Counted from the first letter of the stretch, positions 41,854 through 52,933 are shown. The stretch: DNA of 64,000 nucleotides from Pseudomonadales bacterium (GCA_024234165.1 JACKOP010000003.1:577809-641808), one strand, 5' to 3'. Program-made: numbers and translations. Notes: generated by a model not told the origin, from the sequence alone.

Positions 41854-42279
41854 ATGACGCAACAGGAAACCGGATTCGCATTGCATCCCGCGCTTGCGGC
41901 GGATTGTGCACTGGTCGGCGATCTGCCGCTGTGCCGCGTGCTGCTGATGCGCGATCGCAACTATCCGTGGCTGATCCTCGTGCCACGGCGCAGCGCTCTG
42001 CGTGAGCTTCACGAGCTCTCCGAGCCGGATCTGGCGCAGTTCTGGAGCGAATCGGCAAGGCTCGGCCGCGCGTTGATGGTGCATTTCGGCGGTGACAAGC
42101 TCAATGTCGCCGCACTCGGCAACCAGGTGCCACAGTTGCATGTACACCATATCGTGCGTTTCACGGGCGATCCGGCGTGGCCGCGTCCGGTCTGGGGCGT
42201 AGTGCCCGTCACCCCTTATTCTGCTGTCGAATGCGACGCCTTGTGTGCGACGCTGCGAGACCTTCTTGGAGCGGCGTGA
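41854..42279 (+). CDS. HIT-family protein
   Basis: 141 aa. NYPWLILVPR and QVPQLHVHHIVR form a HIT-like histidine motif variant. Confidence 0.75.
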   Translation: MTQQETGFALHPALAADCALVGDLPLCRVLLMRDRNYPWLILVPRRSALRELHELSEPDLAQFWSESARLGRALMVHFGGDKLNVAALGNQVPQLHVHHIVRFTGDPAWPRPVWGVVPVTPYSAVECDALCATLRDLLGAA

Positions 42280-42312
42280 TGAGGGAGTCTCGCGTGCGGG
42301 ATTGCGCAGGCA

Positions 42313-42347
42313 TGCAAAACGCCCCCACGGATGTCCGTGAGGGCGTT
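42313..42347 (-). terminator. Rho-independent terminator of the HU-like gene
   Basis: On the minus strand the stem is AACGCCCTCACGGA-ca-TCCGTGGGGGCGTT (one mismatch), followed by TTTG. Confidence 0.5.
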
Positions 42348-42371
42348 CGATCCGGCTGAGTGCCGGGCGGC

Positions 42372-42803
42372 TCAGTGAGCCATGTCCTTCAGTTTTTTCA
42401 GCGGGCGAACCTTCACCGATACCGAGGCAGGCTTGGCAGGGAATGTCCGCTCCTGTTTGGTGAACGGATCGACGCCCTTGCGTGCCTTTTGTGCAGGCTT
42501 CTTGCGGGTGTTGATCTTGAACAGCCCCGGCAGCACGAATTCACCGGCGCCGCCCTTGCCAAGATGGCGACCAATGATGTCCGCAAGCTCATCGATGATG
42601 GCGGTAGCCTGCTTGCGCGAGACCTGCGTACGTTCGGCGATTTCGTTCAGGATCTCGGTCTTGCTCCAGCGATCCTTGATCGGTCCTGGTTTTGCCGCAG
42701 CCTTCGCGGCGGGTTTGGAAGCAGCCTTCTTCGGGGCTGCCTTTGCAGCAGCCTTCTTCGGAGCTGCCTTTGCCTTCGCGGCTTTTTTCTTGTCTGCGGC
42801 CAT
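42372..42803 (-). CDS. HU/IHF-fold DNA-binding protein with N-terminal Lys/Ala/Pro-rich histone-H1-like tail
   Basis: The ATG at 42803 inside ORF 42372..42854 gives 143 aa. Residues 1 to ~45 are AKP-rich (KKKAAKAKAAPKKAAAKAAPKKAASKPAAKAAAKPG). The rest aligns with HU (KTEILNEIAERTQVSRKQATAIIDEL...GVDPFTKQERTFPAKPA...VRPLKKLKD). Confidence 0.8.
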   Translation of the reverse strand: MAADKKKAAKAKAAPKKAAAKAAPKKAASKPAAKAAAKPGPIKDRWSKTEILNEIAERTQVSRKQATAIIDELADIIGRHLGKGGAGEFVLPGLFKINTRKKPAQKARKGVDPFTKQERTFPAKPASVSVKVRPLKKLKDMAH

Positions 42804-43151
42804 GTGTCTTCCTTTGTGGGTTCGGGGGGTTGTTCGGTGATGCGGCTCCCGCACCGATGAAGCCTGTTTGCATACTGCAGAAACCGGATTTCATGCGCGG
42901 CTCGCGGCAGCGCGCGTATATATAATGCATTCATTCCTGCACGGCAACAGCGTGTTGCCTCAATTCTGCGCGCCCGCCAGCAGGCGCTGCGCGGTGACGT
43001 TGCCGGGGCGTCAGCGCCAGCCGCCGATGTCCGGGATCCGGCATGAATTCGCATAATCCATGCGTGGGAGCTGGAGTATAATCCCCGGTCTTTTTGTTGG
43101 CTGTGTCGTCGACGCAGCCGGTGTGACCGGATATCCGCAGGAGGACCTGGC

Positions 43152-43439
43152 GTGCCCATCTACGAATACTGCTGCGATGGCTGCAATCACGGGTTGGAGA
43201 AACTGCAGAAGATCGCGGATGAACCGCTGACGCTTTGTCCCAGCTGCGGCGAGACGAAGCTGCGGCGCAAGATCAGCGCCGCCGGCTTCCGGCTGAAGGG
43301 CGGCGGCTGGTACGAGACCGACTTCAAGAGCGGCAGCAAGAAGAATCTGGCGGGCGACGCGGCGGGCGCGACGGCCCCCGACAAGCCAGCCGCTGCTGCA
43401 ACACCATCGGCAGCACCCGCTGCAGACGGCAACAATTGA
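43152..43439 (+). CDS. FmdB-family zinc-ribbon protein
   Basis: GTG start, 95 aa. [11 protein letters not shown]...CPSCG is the CxxC...CxxC FmdB signature. Confidence 0.8.
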   Translation: MPIYEYCCDGCNHGLEKLQKIADEPLTLCPSCGETKLRRKISAAGFRLKGGGWYETDFKSGSKKNLAGDAAGATAPDKPAAAATPSAAPAADGNN

Positions 43440-43474
43440 GACAACCAGGCACTCGAACACGGCGGAATCCAGGT

Positions 43475-45256
43475 ATGCGCACGCACTATTGTGGCGATCT
43501 CGACGTCTCCCACACTGGCCAGGAGGTCACGCTCTGTGGCTGGGCGGACCGCCGTCGTGATCATGGTGGCGTGATTTTCGTGGACTTGCGCGATCGCGAG
43601 GGAGTGGTGCAGGTCGTAGTCGATCCGGATTGCGGCGAACACTTTGCGATTGCCGATCGCGTGCGCAGTGAATACGTGCTGTGCGTGCGAGGGCGCGTGC
43701 GCGAGCGCAGCGAAGCCACCGTGAACCCGGCGATGAAGACCGGGTGCATCGAGGTTTACGCGAGCGCACTGGAAATTCTGAACGTAGCCGAAACGCCGCC
43801 GTTCCAGCTCGACGAGCACGCGCATGTCGGTGAGGAGACCCGGCTGCGCTACCGCTATCTCGATCTGCGCCGCCCGGAGATGCTCGGCAACCTGCGTCTG
43901 CGCTCCGATATCGCGCGCTCGATTCGCAATTTCCTCGGCGACCGTGGTTTCATCGAAGTCGAAACACCGATGCTGACGCGTGCAACGCCCGAAGGTGCGC
44001 GGGATTATCTGGTGCCGAGCCGTACGCACCCGGGGCGTTTCTTCGCGCTGCCGCAATCGCCCCAACTGTTCAAGCAGCTGCTGATGGTGGCTGGCTTCGA
44101 TCGCTACTACCAGATCGTGAAGTGCTTTCGTGACGAGGATCTGCGTGCTGACCGCCAGCCAGAATTCACGCAGATCGACATCGAGTTCGCCTTCGCCGAC
44201 CAGGCGGAGATCACCGCGACCGCCGAAGCCATGGTGCGCGAGCTGTTCGACGTGGTTCTCGGGCACGATCTCGGTGAATTTCCGCGCCTGACCTGGGCCG
44301 AGGCGATGCGGCGTTTCGGCAGCGACAAGCCTGATTTGCGCATCCCACTCGAACTGGTCGAGGTGAGTGATCTGATGCGCGATGTGGACTTCAAGGTGTT
44401 CGCAGCGCCGGCCAGCGATCCGGAGGGGCGCGTTGCAGCGCTGAAAGTGCCTCGTGGAGGGGCGTTGCTGAGTCGCAAGCAGATCGACGACTACACGCGT
44501 TTCGTCGGAATCTACGGCGCCAGGGGATTGGCATACATCAAGGTGAACGATCGCAACGACCTCGAGGAAGGACTGCAATCGCCGATCGTGAAATTCCTGC
44601 CGCTCGAAGCAAGGCGCGAGTTGCTCGAGCGCACTGCGGCGCAGGACGGTGATCTCATCTTCTTTGGCGCCGACCGTGCGAAGGTGGTCAACGAAGCGCT
44701 CGGAGCCCTGCGTTGCAAGCTTGGTGCCGATCTCGATCTCTACACCTGCGAGTGGGCGCCGCTGTGGGTGGTCGATTTCCCGATGTTCGAGCGTGACGAC
44801 AAGGGGCGCTGGAGTCCGCTGCATCATCCGTTCACGCGTCCGGCCTGTGCGCCGGAGGTTCTGGTCAATGATCCGGGGAGTGCGCTTTCGCAGGCTTACG
44901 ATATGGTGCTGAACGGTACGGAACTCGGCGGTGGTTCGATTCGTATCCACACGCGCGACATGCAGCAATCGGTATTCCGCATACTTGGGATCGGCGAGGA
45001 TGAGGCACACGAGAAGTTCGGTTTTCTGCTCGATGCGCTGCGCTACGGGGCGCCGCCGCACGGTGGTCTGGCGTTCGGTCTGGACCGACTCGTGATGCTG
45101 ATGACGCGATCGGCCTCGATCCGCGACGTGATTGCGTTTCCGAAAACGCAGAGTGCGAACTGCCTGCTCACCGAGGCGCCTGGCGTCATCGATGCAGGAC
45201 AACTGCGTGACCTGCACATCCGGCTGCGCGCGCCCGCAGCGGAGACCACAGGCTGA
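43475..45256 (+). CDS. aspS: Aspartate--tRNA ligase
   Basis: The ATG at 43475 inside ORF 43235..45256. MRTHYCGDL...[22 protein letters not shown], then class II motifs. 593 aa. Confidence 0.97.
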   Translation: MRTHYCGDLDVSHTGQEVTLCGWADRRRDHGGVIFVDLRDREGVVQVVVDPDCGEHFAIADRVRSEYVLCVRGRVRERSEATVNPAMKTGCIEVYASALEILNVAETPPFQLDEHAHVGEETRLRYRYLDLRRPEMLGNLRLRSDIARSIRNFLGDRGFIEVETPMLTRATPEGARDYLVPSRTHPGRFFALPQSPQLFKQLLMVAGFDRYYQIVKCFRDEDLRADRQPEFTQIDIEFAFADQAEITATAEAMVRELFDVVLGHDLGEFPRLTWAEAMRRFGSDKPDLRIPLELVEVSDLMRDVDFKVFAAPASDPEGRVAALKVPRGGALLSRKQIDDYTRFVGIYGARGLAYIKVNDRNDLEEGLQSPIVKFLPLEARRELLERTAAQDGDLIFFGADRAKVVNEALGALRCKLGADLDLYTCEWAPLWVVDFPMFERDDKGRWSPLHHPFTRPACAPEVLVNDPGSALSQAYDMVLNGTELGGGSIRIHTRDMQQSVFRILGIGEDEAHEKFGFLLDALRYGAPPHGGLAFGLDRLVMLMTRSASIRDVIAFPKTQSANCLLTEAPGVIDAGQLRDLHIRLRAPAAETTG

Positions 45257-45258
45257 AC

Positions 45259-45816
45259 GTGGGTGTGCAGTCGCCCGGGCATGGTGCGCCGGCGACGGCG
45301 GCTGTGATTCTCGGGGTGGACCCGGGTTCGCGGGTGACCGGTTTCGGAGTGATCCACAGCACGGGCAAGCGCCTCGAGTATGCCGGCAGCGGCTGTATCC
45401 GGGTCGCGGACGCGGAGCTGCCCGAACGCTTGCGACGCATATTCGACTGCCTGAGCGAAATCATCGAACGTTACCGTCCGACCGAACTCGCGATCGAGCA
45501 GGTGTTCGTGGCCCGCAGCGCTGGTTCGGCGCTGAAGCTTGGGCAGGCCCGCGGCGCAGCGATCGTCGCCGCAGCACGCCTGGGTCTGGCGGTGTTCGAG
45601 TATTCACCACGCAGCATCAAACAATCGGTGGTGGGGACCGGTGCGGCCGGCAAGGAGCAGGTACAGCACATGGTGTGCGCATTGCTCGGTCTGCCTGCGG
45701 CACCGCAGGCAGACGCGGCCGATGCGCTGGCTGTGGCGCTGTGCCATGCTCATACGCGCCAGGGCCTGGAGCGTCTGCCCGAGGCGCGTGCGACCCGGCG
45801 CGGGCGTGTGCGCTGA
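45259..45816 (+). CDS. ruvC: Holliday junction resolvase RuvC
   Basis: [16 protein letters not shown] carries the catalytic-Asp motif. The start is uncertain: GTG 45259 or GTG 45304. Confidence 0.9.
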   Translation: MGVQSPGHGAPATAAVILGVDPGSRVTGFGVIHSTGKRLEYAGSGCIRVADAELPERLRRIFDCLSEIIERYRPTELAIEQVFVARSAGSALKLGQARGAAIVAAARLGLAVFEYSPRSIKQSVVGTGAAGKEQVQHMVCALLGLPAAPQADAADALAVALCHAHTRQGLERLPEARATRRGRVR

Positions 45817-45837
45817 GGGGCAACGGATACAACAGAC

Positions 45838-46464
45838 ATGATCGGACGGATTCGCGGCATCATCGTCGACAAGCAGGCGCCTGAACTCGTGATCGATGCT
45901 GCTGGTGTCGGCTACGAAGTGCAGGCGCCGATCAGCACATTGTGCCGCCTGCCGCCGGTTGGGCAGGAAGTGGTGCTGTACACGCATTTCGTGGTGCGCG
46001 AGGACGCACAGCAACTCTTCGGTTTCTGGCATCGTGATGACCGTGAGCTGTTCCGCGCGCTGATTCGTGTCAGTGGGGTGGGGCCCAAGCTGGCGCTGGC
46101 GATCCTGTCCGGCATGGACAGCGATGAATTCGCGCGCTGCGTGCAGCGTGGTGATGCCAGCGCACTGGTACGACTGCCTGGTGTAGGCAAGAAGACCGCG
46201 GAACGGCTGATGGTCGAGATGCGCGATGTGCTGCGTGAATGGCGGCCGGAATCGGCGCCTGGACGTGACGGAGCGCCGGCGTCGCCGGACATTGCTGCAG
46301 TGGGCCGCAACCGGCTGGTACACGATGCCGAGAGTGCGCTGGTCGCGCTTGGCTACAAGCCATCTGAGGCGACACGGGCAGTGGCAGCGGTGCTCGACGA
46401 CACAGTGGACGCCAGCGAGGAACTGATCCGGCGTGCCCTGAAGGCGCTGGGAAGTGGACGCTGA
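45838..46464 (+). CDS. ruvA: Holliday junction branch migration complex subunit RuvA
   Basis: 208 aa. MIGRIRG N-terminus; helix-hairpin-helix LIRVSGVGPKLALAIL and LPGVGKKTAERL. Confidence 0.95.
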   Translation: MIGRIRGIIVDKQAPELVIDAAGVGYEVQAPISTLCRLPPVGQEVVLYTHFVVREDAQQLFGFWHRDDRELFRALIRVSGVGPKLALAILSGMDSDEFARCVQRGDASALVRLPGVGKKTAERLMVEMRDVLREWRPESAPGRDGAPASPDIAAVGRNRLVHDAESALVALGYKPSEATRAVAAVLDDTVDASEELIRRALKALGSGR

Positions 46465-46473
46465 GGGCGCGAG

Positions 46474-47517
46474 ATGATCGAGACCGACCGGCTGGTGGGG
46501 CCTGCGGGCATGCGTCAGGACGAGGTGCTGGATCGCACGATCCGGCCGCGCATGCTCGCCGATTATGTGGGGCAACCGGTAGTGCGCGAGCAGATGGAGA
46601 TCTTCGTCGCCGCTGCACGTGGACGAGGCGAGGCGCTCGATCACACCCTGATCTTCGGTCCGCCCGGCCTGGGCAAGACCACGCTGGCGAACATCATTGC
46701 GAATGAAATGGGCGTTTCGATGAAAAGCACATCGGGACCGGTGCTCGAGAAGGCTGGTGACCTTGCAGCGATGCTGACCAACCTCGAACCGCGCGATGTG
46801 CTGTTCATCGACGAGATCCACCGGCTCAGTCCGCACGTCGAGGAAGTTCTGTATCCCGCGATGGAGGACTTCCAGCTCGATATCATGATCGGTGAAGGGC
46901 CGGCGGCGCGTTCGATCAAGCTCGATTTGCCGCAATTCACGCTGGTCGGTGCGACCACGCGTGCCGGCCTGCTGACCTCGCCCTTGCGCGACCGCTTCGG
47001 CATCGTGCAGCGGCTGGAGTTCTACTCGGTTGCCGACCTCGCGCACATCGTCGCACGCTCGGGGCGGCTGCTCGGTTTCGAAATCGACACAGACGGTGCG
47101 CGCGAGATCGCACGCCGCTCGCGGGGTACGCCACGGATCGCAAACCGCCTGCTCAGACGCGTACGCGATTTTGCCGAGGTGCGCCACGAAGGGCGCATCG
47201 ATGCTGTGATTGCCGATGCGGCGCTCGACATGCTGAGCGTCGATCAGCAGGGCTTCGATCACATGGATCGTCGTCTGCTGCTTGCGATGATCGAGAAGTT
47301 CGACGGTGGACCGGTTGGTGTCGACAGTCTGGCGGCGGCAATCGGAGAGGAGCGCGGCACCATCGAAGACGTGCTGGAGCCGTTTCTGATCCAGCAGGGC
47401 TATGTGCTGCGCACGCCGCGCGGGCGCATGGTGACGCGTGCCGCGTATCTGCACTTCGGGCTGCAGCCGCGCGGCAGTTACGCGATACCCGATCTGCTCG
47501 ACGGAGACGCAACGTGA
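46474..47517 (+). CDS. ruvB: Holliday junction branch migration DNA helicase RuvB
   Basis: 347 aa. Walker [12 protein letters not shown], Walker B LFIDEIHR, sensor [16 protein letters not shown]. Confidence 0.97.
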   Translation: MIETDRLVGPAGMRQDEVLDRTIRPRMLADYVGQPVVREQMEIFVAAARGRGEALDHTLIFGPPGLGKTTLANIIANEMGVSMKSTSGPVLEKAGDLAAMLTNLEPRDVLFIDEIHRLSPHVEEVLYPAMEDFQLDIMIGEGPAARSIKLDLPQFTLVGATTRAGLLTSPLRDRFGIVQRLEFYSVADLAHIVARSGRLLGFEIDTDGAREIARRSRGTPRIANRLLRRVRDFAEVRHEGRIDAVIADAALDMLSVDQQGFDHMDRRLLLAMIEKFDGGPVGVDSLAAAIGEERGTIEDVLEPFLIQQGYVLRTPRGRMVTRAAYLHFGLQPRGSYAIPDLLDGDAT

Positions 47518-47984
47518 GTGCGGGTGCCGCGCTGAGTGACGAGCTGCGGCTGCCGGTGCGTGTCTACATCGAGGATACCGATGCGGGTGGCATCGTGTTC
47601 TACGTGAATTACCTGAAGTATTTCGAGCGGGCTCGCACCGAGTTCATGCGCCGACTGGGTTTTGCAAAGGCCGCGTTGCTCGATGGCGAGTTCCTGTTCG
47701 TGGTGCACTCGCTCGAGGTCGAGTACCTGCATGCCGCAGTGCTCGACGATCAACTCGACGCGTGTGCCTCGCTGCGTGAGGTGCGCGGTGCGCGGCTGCA
47801 GTTCGCTCAACGCGTGCTGCGTGCGGGAACAGAGATCTGTCGCGCGCGGGTGACGGTGGCTTGCGTGGACGGCAGCACACGGCGCCCGCGTGCGTTGCCG
47901 CCAGCGCTGCGCATGGCGCTCGAGGCTGCATTGGCAGACACGCCGGAAAAATCGATACATCAGTCAACGGAGAGTTCCAGGTGA
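47514..47984 (+). CDS. ybgC: Tol-Pal-associated acyl-CoA thioesterase YbgC
   Basis: Hot-dog fold with [28 protein letters not shown] overlaps with ruvB upstream and tolQ downstream. Confidence 0.85.
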   Translation: MSAGAALSDELRLPVRVYIEDTDAGGIVFYVNYLKYFERARTEFMRRLGFAKAALLDGEFLFVVHSLEVEYLHAAVLDDQLDACASLREVRGARLQFAQRVLRAGTEICRARVTVACVDGSTRRPRALPPALRMALEAALADTPEKSIHQSTESSR

Positions 47985-48679
47985 ACCAGGAATTGTCGCT
48001 CTGGGGTCTTGTCGCAGAGGCGAGTCTGACCGTCCAGATGGTCATGTTCATCCTGTTCATGGCATCGGTGGTGTCGTGGGGGATGATCGTGCAGCGTGCA
48101 CTGCTGCTGCGCCGCGCAAAGAAGCAGTTCACGGACTTCGAGCAGACGTTCTGGTCCGGTATCGATCTCGGACAGCTCTATCGCGACGGCAGTTCCCGTC
48201 TCGAGGCCAACGGACAGATCGAAGGAGTGGAGAACCTGTTCAGGGCCGGTTTCAAGGAGTTCACGCGTCTGCGTCAGCAGGCAGGCATCGAATCCGACGC
48301 GATCATGGAGGGGGCGCAGCGTGCGATGCGTGTGGCACTTTCGCGTGAGGTCGAGTTCCTCGAGCGCCACCTGCCGTTTCTTGCCACGGTGGGTTCCACC
48401 AGTCCGTACGTTGGTTTGTTCGGCACGGTATGGGGGATCATGCACTCGTTTCGCGGGCTGGCCAACGTGCATCAGGCGACGCTCGCGACGGTGGCTCCGG
48501 GCATCTCGGAAGCGCTGGTCGCGACCGCAATGGGCCTGTTCGCGGCAATTCCTGCAGTGATTGCCTACAACCGCTACTCCGCGCAGGTCGACAGCCTCGT
48601 GGCGAACTACGAGACCTTCGCGGAGGAGTTTTCGAGCATTCTCCATCGCCAGGCGCACGCTGGCAGAAAGAGTGCCTGA
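47981..48679 (+). CDS. tolQ: Tol-Pal system protein TolQ
   Basis: GTG at 47981 inside ORF 47861..48679. 232 aa, three TM helices. MotA/TolQ/ExbB motif GLFGTVWGIM...ATVAPGISEALVATAMGL. Confidence 0.93.
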   Translation: MNQELSLWGLVAEASLTVQMVMFILFMASVVSWGMIVQRALLLRRAKKQFTDFEQTFWSGIDLGQLYRDGSSRLEANGQIEGVENLFRAGFKEFTRLRQQAGIESDAIMEGAQRAMRVALSREVEFLERHLPFLATVGSTSPYVGLFGTVWGIMHSFRGLANVHQATLATVAPGISEALVATAMGLFAAIPAVIAYNRYSAQVDSLVANYETFAEEFSSILHRQAHAGRKSA

Positions 48680-48695
48680 GAGCCGGAGGACCACG

Positions 48696-49109
48696 ATGTC
48701 AAGGGAACGCCGCAAGCCGATGGCAGAGATCAACGTCGTGCCGTACATCGACGTGATGCTCGTGCTGCTGATCATCTTCATGATCACCGCACCGATGCTG
48801 ATGCAGGGTGTCGAGGTGGAATTGCCGGATGCTGCTTCCGAACCGATCGAGAACCAGAAAGACGAGCCGCTGATCGTGTCGGTGAAGGCTGACGGGACGT
48901 ACTACATCAACCTCGGCGGCTCACCTGACCGCCCCGAGCAGCTCGCGGTCATCAAGGACAAGGTCGGCAAGATACTCAAGGCCAAGCCGAAGACGCCCGT
49001 GCTGGTGTGGGGTGACGAAAAGGTTCCCTATGGCACCGTGGTCGTGCTGATGAGCGAGTTGCAGCAGGCGGGTGCGACGAGCGTCGGGTTGGTGACCGAG
49101 AACCCCTGA
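48696..49109 (+). CDS. tolR: Tol-Pal system protein TolR
   Basis: The ATG at 48696. EINVVPYIDVMLVLLIIFMITAP. 137 aa. Confidence 0.93.
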   Translation: MSRERRKPMAEINVVPYIDVMLVLLIIFMITAPMLMQGVEVELPDAASEPIENQKDEPLIVSVKADGTYYINLGGSPDRPEQLAVIKDKVGKILKAKPKTPVLVWGDEKVPYGTVVVLMSELQQAGATSVGLVTENP

Positions 49110-49112
49110 ACC

Positions 49113-49916
49113 ATGCGCACCCTCGAGGGTTACATCGTGCCCGTGGCAGTCACGCTGGTGCTGCATGCAGCGCTGCTGGCTGTGCTCACCATGAATTGGC
49201 ACTCCACGCGCGAGCCGTTGGTGAAGCCTGCGCCACGGCACGTCAAGGCGCGTCTCGTTGCACAGGAAAAGAGCAGCCCGAAGTCGGCGCCGAAACCCGC
49301 GGCCCAGACGCCGCCCCAGCGTCCACCCGAGCCGCCCAAGCCAGAGCCACCGAAGCCCAAGCCAGAGCCACCGAAGCCCAAGCCGGAGCCACCGAAGCCC
49401 AAGCCAGAGCCACCGAAGCCCAAGCCGGAACCACCGAAACCGAAGCCGCAATCCAAACCGCAGGTCAAGCCGGAGCCACCCAAACCCGACCCGCGTGTGC
49501 AGGAGCAGGCACGCCAGCGCGAGCAGAAGCAACGGGAGGTTGAGCAGCGCCAACGCCAGCAGCGCGAGCGGGAGCTCGCCCTCGCGCTGGCAGCGGAGGA
49601 TGCCCTGGCCGAGGGGGGTGAAACCAGTACCTATGAAGACGCGATTGCGGAGGCGATCGAGGACAACTGGAGTCGTCCGCCGAGCGCACGTCGCGATATG
49701 CAGGTCGTGTTGCGGATACAATTGATCCCTACCGGCGAAGTGGTGGGTGTCAGCGTGCTGAAGAGCAGCGGTGACGACGCGTTCGATCGCAGTGCGGTCA
49801 ACGCGGTAAACAAGGCGGCACGCTTTCCGGAAGTGGCCGATGCGCCGCCACAGGTGTTCGAACGTCGCCTGCGAACTTTGCAACTTGTGTTCCGACCAGA
49901 GGATCTGCGCCAGTGA
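49113..49916 (+). CDS. tolA: Tol-Pal system protein TolA
   Basis: 267 aa. N-terminal TM helix, Pro/Lys-rich repeat linker, Glu/Arg/Gln helical domain, and a TonB_C-like C-terminal domain. Confidence 0.9.
   Translation: MRTLEGYIVPVAVTLVLHAALLAVLTMNWHSTREPLVKPAPRHVKARLVAQEKSSPKSAPKPAAQTPPQRPPEPPKPEPPKPKPEPPKPKPEPPKPKPEPPKPKPEPPKPKPQSKPQVKPEPPKPDPRVQEQARQREQKQREVEQRQRQQRERELALALAAEDALAEGGETSTYEDAIAEAIEDNWSRPPSARRDMQVVLRIQLIPTGEVVGVSVLKSSGDDAFDRSAVNAVNKAARFPEVADAPPQVFERRLRTLQLVFRPEDLRQ
49326..49445 (+). repeat. 21-bp tandem repeat inside tolA (about 5 copies plus a degenerate copy)
   Basis: Units CC(A/G)GAGCCACCGAAGCCCAAG start at 49341, 49362, 49383 and 49404, with a degenerate unit at 49425. 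They encode (EPPKPKP)n. Confidence 0.9.
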
Positions 49917-51211
49917 TCAAGCGTGTGGGTGTGGTTTTACTGTGGCTGCTTGGCTGCGCCGTTGCCCATGCGGCGGAATTGAGCATCGAGATCACGCGCG
50001 GTACGGACAATCCGACGTCGATCGCGGTTGTACCGCTGGGCGCCACGCCGGGGTTGCTGCCGCCAACTGCGGTCGATGCGGTGGTGTCGGCCGATCTGCA
50101 GCGCAGCGGCATGTTTGCCCCGATGAGGGTTTCCGACATGATTGCGCAACCCCATCAGCAGAGCGAGGTGTTCTATACCGATTGGCGCCTGATGAATGTG
50201 GACTACCTGGTGGTCGGTCGCATGACGCGCGATGCGGCAGGGCTTTATCGCGTGCAGTTCGAGCTGCTGGACGTGTTGCGTCAGTCGGTGCTGCTGCAGG
50301 AGACCGTGAACGGTTCCGAAAACCAGTTGCGCGATATTGCGCACTACATCGCTGACAAGGTCTACGAGAAACTGACCGGTATCAAGGGGGCCTTCTCGAC
50401 CAAGATCGCCTACGTTTCGGTTGCCCAGGAGGGCAGCCGGCAGAATTTCCGTCTGATCAAGGCCGATGCCGACGGCGAGCGGGCACAGATGATCCTCGAA
50501 TCTTCCGAGCCGATCCTGTCGCCATCATGGTCGCCGGATGCCAAGCAGCTCGCGTACGTGTCGTTCGAGGACCGCCGCCCGGGAATCTACCGGCAGGTGA
50601 TCGCAACCGGCGAGCGGCAGAAGCTGACCTCGTTTCCCGGGCTGAACGGCGCGCCCGCCTGGTCGCCCGACGGGCGGCGCATGGCCATGGTGCTGTCGAA
50701 GGACGACAACCCCGAGATCTACGTGATGGATCTGGCGACGCGTGAACTCACGCGCATGACGAATCACTTCGCGATCGATACCGAACCGGCGTGGATGCCC
50801 GACGGACGCTCGATCGTGTTCACATCGGATCGCGGCGGACGGCCGCATATCTACCGTGTCGATGTCGTGACGCGTGAACTGACGCGGCTGACCTTCGAGG
50901 GCGCCTACAATTCGCGTCCGCGACCGATGCCGGATGGTTCCGGGATCGTCTACGTGCACCGCAGCGAATCGAACGGGCCGTTTCACATTGCATTGCAGAA
51001 TTTTCAGCGCAATACGGTGCGCGTGCTGACCGAGACCAGTTACGACGAATCCCCGAGCGTCGCGCCGAACGGCAGCATGATTATTTACGCGACGAAGCGA
51101 CTGGGTAAAGGTATACTCGCCGTCGTGTCGGTGGACGCGAATGTCAAGTATTTCTTGCCGTCGGCGGCGCGCGAAGTGCGCGAGCCGGCGTGGTCCCCGT
51201 ACATGCGTTGA
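49913..51211 (+). CDS. tolB: Tol-Pal system beta-propeller protein TolB
   Basis: GTG start (GTGA overlap with tolA). Signal peptide, then repeated SWSPDG/AWSPDG propeller motifs. 432 aa. Confidence 0.95.
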   Translation: MIKRVGVVLLWLLGCAVAHAAELSIEITRGTDNPTSIAVVPLGATPGLLPPTAVDAVVSADLQRSGMFAPMRVSDMIAQPHQQSEVFYTDWRLMNVDYLVVGRMTRDAAGLYRVQFELLDVLRQSVLLQETVNGSENQLRDIAHYIADKVYEKLTGIKGAFSTKIAYVSVAQEGSRQNFRLIKADADGERAQMILESSEPILSPSWSPDAKQLAYVSFEDRRPGIYRQVIATGERQKLTSFPGLNGAPAWSPDGRRMAMVLSKDDNPEIYVMDLATRELTRMTNHFAIDTEPAWMPDGRSIVFTSDRGGRPHIYRVDVVTRELTRLTFEGAYNSRPRPMPDGSGIVYVHRSESNGPFHIALQNFQRNTVRVLTETSYDESPSVAPNGSMIIYATKRLGKGILAVVSVDANVKYFLPSAAREVREPAWSPYMR

Positions 51212-51257
51212 CTCCCCCCGAAACTGGATACATGAGGATGATCGATCCGTGAGCAGC

Positions 51258-51785
51258 ATGAGCAAGCGATTCGTACGCGTGACGACCGCGATTTTTCTGG
51301 CGGCGCTGATGGCGGCCTGCAGTGGCAACAAGGGTGCGGGTGGCGGGAGTGCGACGTCGGACATGCCGGACGGCACGGCGGTAGGCGACGGTGGTGCGAC
51401 CTCGGTCGGTGTGGGTTCGGATGGGGGATTGTCGCCGGAGGAAATGGCCGCGCGTGGCCTGGGTGGCTTGCAGACCGTGTTCTATTTCGACTTCGACCAA
51501 TCGGCGCTTTCGCCCGAGACGCGCGCAGCACTCGATGCGCAGGCGAACGCGCTGCGCAACCAACGCGGCGTGGTTCGCCTCGAAGGCCATGCAGATGAGC
51601 GCGGTTCGCGCGAGTACAACCTCGCGCTCGGTGAGCGTCGCGCAAAGGCGATTGCCAACTACCTGATCCTGCAGGGGATCGACCGTAGTCGGATCGAGGC
51701 CGTGAGCTATGGTGAGGAGCGTCCGGCCGCACTCGGTCAGGACGAGGCGTCCTGGGCGCGCAATCGGCGTGTGGAGTTGCGCTGA
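51258..51785 (+). CDS. pal: Peptidoglycan-associated lipoprotein Pal
   Basis: The ATG at 51258. Lipoprotein signal FLAALMAAC. OmpA-like domain ([24 protein letters not shown]). Confidence 0.93.
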   Translation: MSKRFVRVTTAIFLAALMAACSGNKGAGGGSATSDMPDGTAVGDGGATSVGVGSDGGLSPEEMAARGLGGLQTVFYFDFDQSALSPETRAALDAQANALRNQRGVVRLEGHADERGSREYNLALGERRAKAIANYLILQGIDRSRIEAVSYGEERPAALGQDEASWARNRRVELR

Positions 51786-51797
51786 GGCCGGGACACC

Positions 51798-52616
51798 ATG
51801 CGCGGAATCGTCGTTCTGGCCGCGATGCTCGTCGCCGCACCGCTGGCAGTCGCACAAGTCGAGGTGGTCGAACCCGGTGGTGCCGGAGCAGCCCGCCACG
51901 GCGGACCCGCACAGCAGCGTTCTGCCCGCACTCCGGCGCAACCGGTGGCGGCCAGTGGTGAGCTGTTCTATCAGCTCCAGTTGCTGCAGGACGAGGTGAT
52001 GAAGTTGCGTGGCATCGTCGAGGAGCAGGGTGAGCAGTTGCGCCAGCTCAAGCAACAGCGGCTCGACGACTACATCAGCCTGGATCGACGCATCAGCAGC
52101 ATGGGTGGCGGCAGCGTGCCGCCGGCGCAGGACGCCTCGGGTCCTGCTGCTCCGGGACCGAGCGCGTCCGAAGCGCCCATCGATGCGTCGGCGGCACCAG
52201 TGCCGCCGGCAGCACCACCACGTGCTGCCGCATCGGCACAGGAGGAGCAGGCCTATCGTGATGCCTATGCGTTGATCCAGGCGCGCAAGTTTCCTGAGGC
52301 TCGGACGGCATTCAATGCCTTCGTCGGTCAGTACCCGGCTGGCAACTATGCCGGCAATGCGCATTACTGGCTCGGCGAACTGTACCTGCTCGAAGGCGAC
52401 AGCGAGCGCGCCAGAAAACATTTCGAAACCTTGCTGGCGCAGTTTGGTGACAACCGGCGGGTTCCCGATGCGATGTTCAAACTCGGCCGCATCTATCACC
52501 AGAACGGCGATACCGCGCGTGCGCGGGACATGCTCGACCGTGTGATCAACGAGTACGCGGGTGCGGACAGCACTGCGCCGCAGCAGGCGCGCGAGTATCT
52601 GCAGCAGAATTTCTGA
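51798..52616 (+). CDS. cpoB: Cell division coordinator CpoB (YbgF)
   Basis: 272 aa. Signal peptide, coiled coil, and a C-terminal TPR domain (YPAGNYAGNAHYWLGELY). Last gene of the tol-pal operon. Confidence 0.88.
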   Translation: MRGIVVLAAMLVAAPLAVAQVEVVEPGGAGAARHGGPAQQRSARTPAQPVAASGELFYQLQLLQDEVMKLRGIVEEQGEQLRQLKQQRLDDYISLDRRISSMGGGSVPPAQDASGPAAPGPSASEAPIDASAAPVPPAAPPRAAASAQEEQAYRDAYALIQARKFPEARTAFNAFVGQYPAGNYAGNAHYWLGELYLLEGDSERARKHFETLLAQFGDNRRVPDAMFKLGRIYHQNGDTARARDMLDRVINEYAGADSTAPQQAREYLQQNF

Positions 52617-52675
52617 ACTGCAATAAAGGGCTCTTGTTTTTTGATGGTCAGCCGCTACCATACGCGTCCTTCGAC

Positions 52676-52751
52676 GGGTCGTTAGCTCAGTCGGTAGAGC
52701 AGTTGGCTTTTAACCAATTGGTCGCTGGTTCGAATCCAGCACGACCCACCA
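52676..52751 (+). tRNA. tRNA-Lys (anticodon UUU)
   Basis: GGGTCGTTAGCTCAGTCGGTAGAGCAGTTGGCTTTTAACCAATTGGTCGCTGGTTCGAATCCAGCACGACCCACCA. The cloverleaf folds, the anticodon loop is CTTTTAA, and CCA is encoded. Confidence 0.97.
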
Positions 52752-52787
52752 GTACCCCCTTCCAAGAAACCCCAGAAAGACGCCAAG

Positions 52788-52814
52788 GCCCGGATTTTCC
52801 GGGCTTTTTTGTTT
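52788..52814 (+). terminator. Rho-independent terminator after tRNA-Lys
   Basis: GCCCGG-atttt-CCGGGC followed by TTTTTTGTTT. Confidence 0.8.
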
Positions 52815-52933
52815 CTGATCGCCCCAAGGTACCCCATGAAACGGCTAGACATTGCGCCGCTGTTGGCAGTACGTTTGGCGGTATCTGGTCATGTGCGGTA
52901 AGCAATACCGCAAAAAATACCGACACGGGGACA

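Noticed and set aside
52634-52933. 5' part of ORF 52634..53170 (+), which reads through tRNA-Lys and its terminator.
   Set aside because: This stretch is the tRNA gene and non-coding DNA. Only the part from ATG 52934 has integrase-like sequence.
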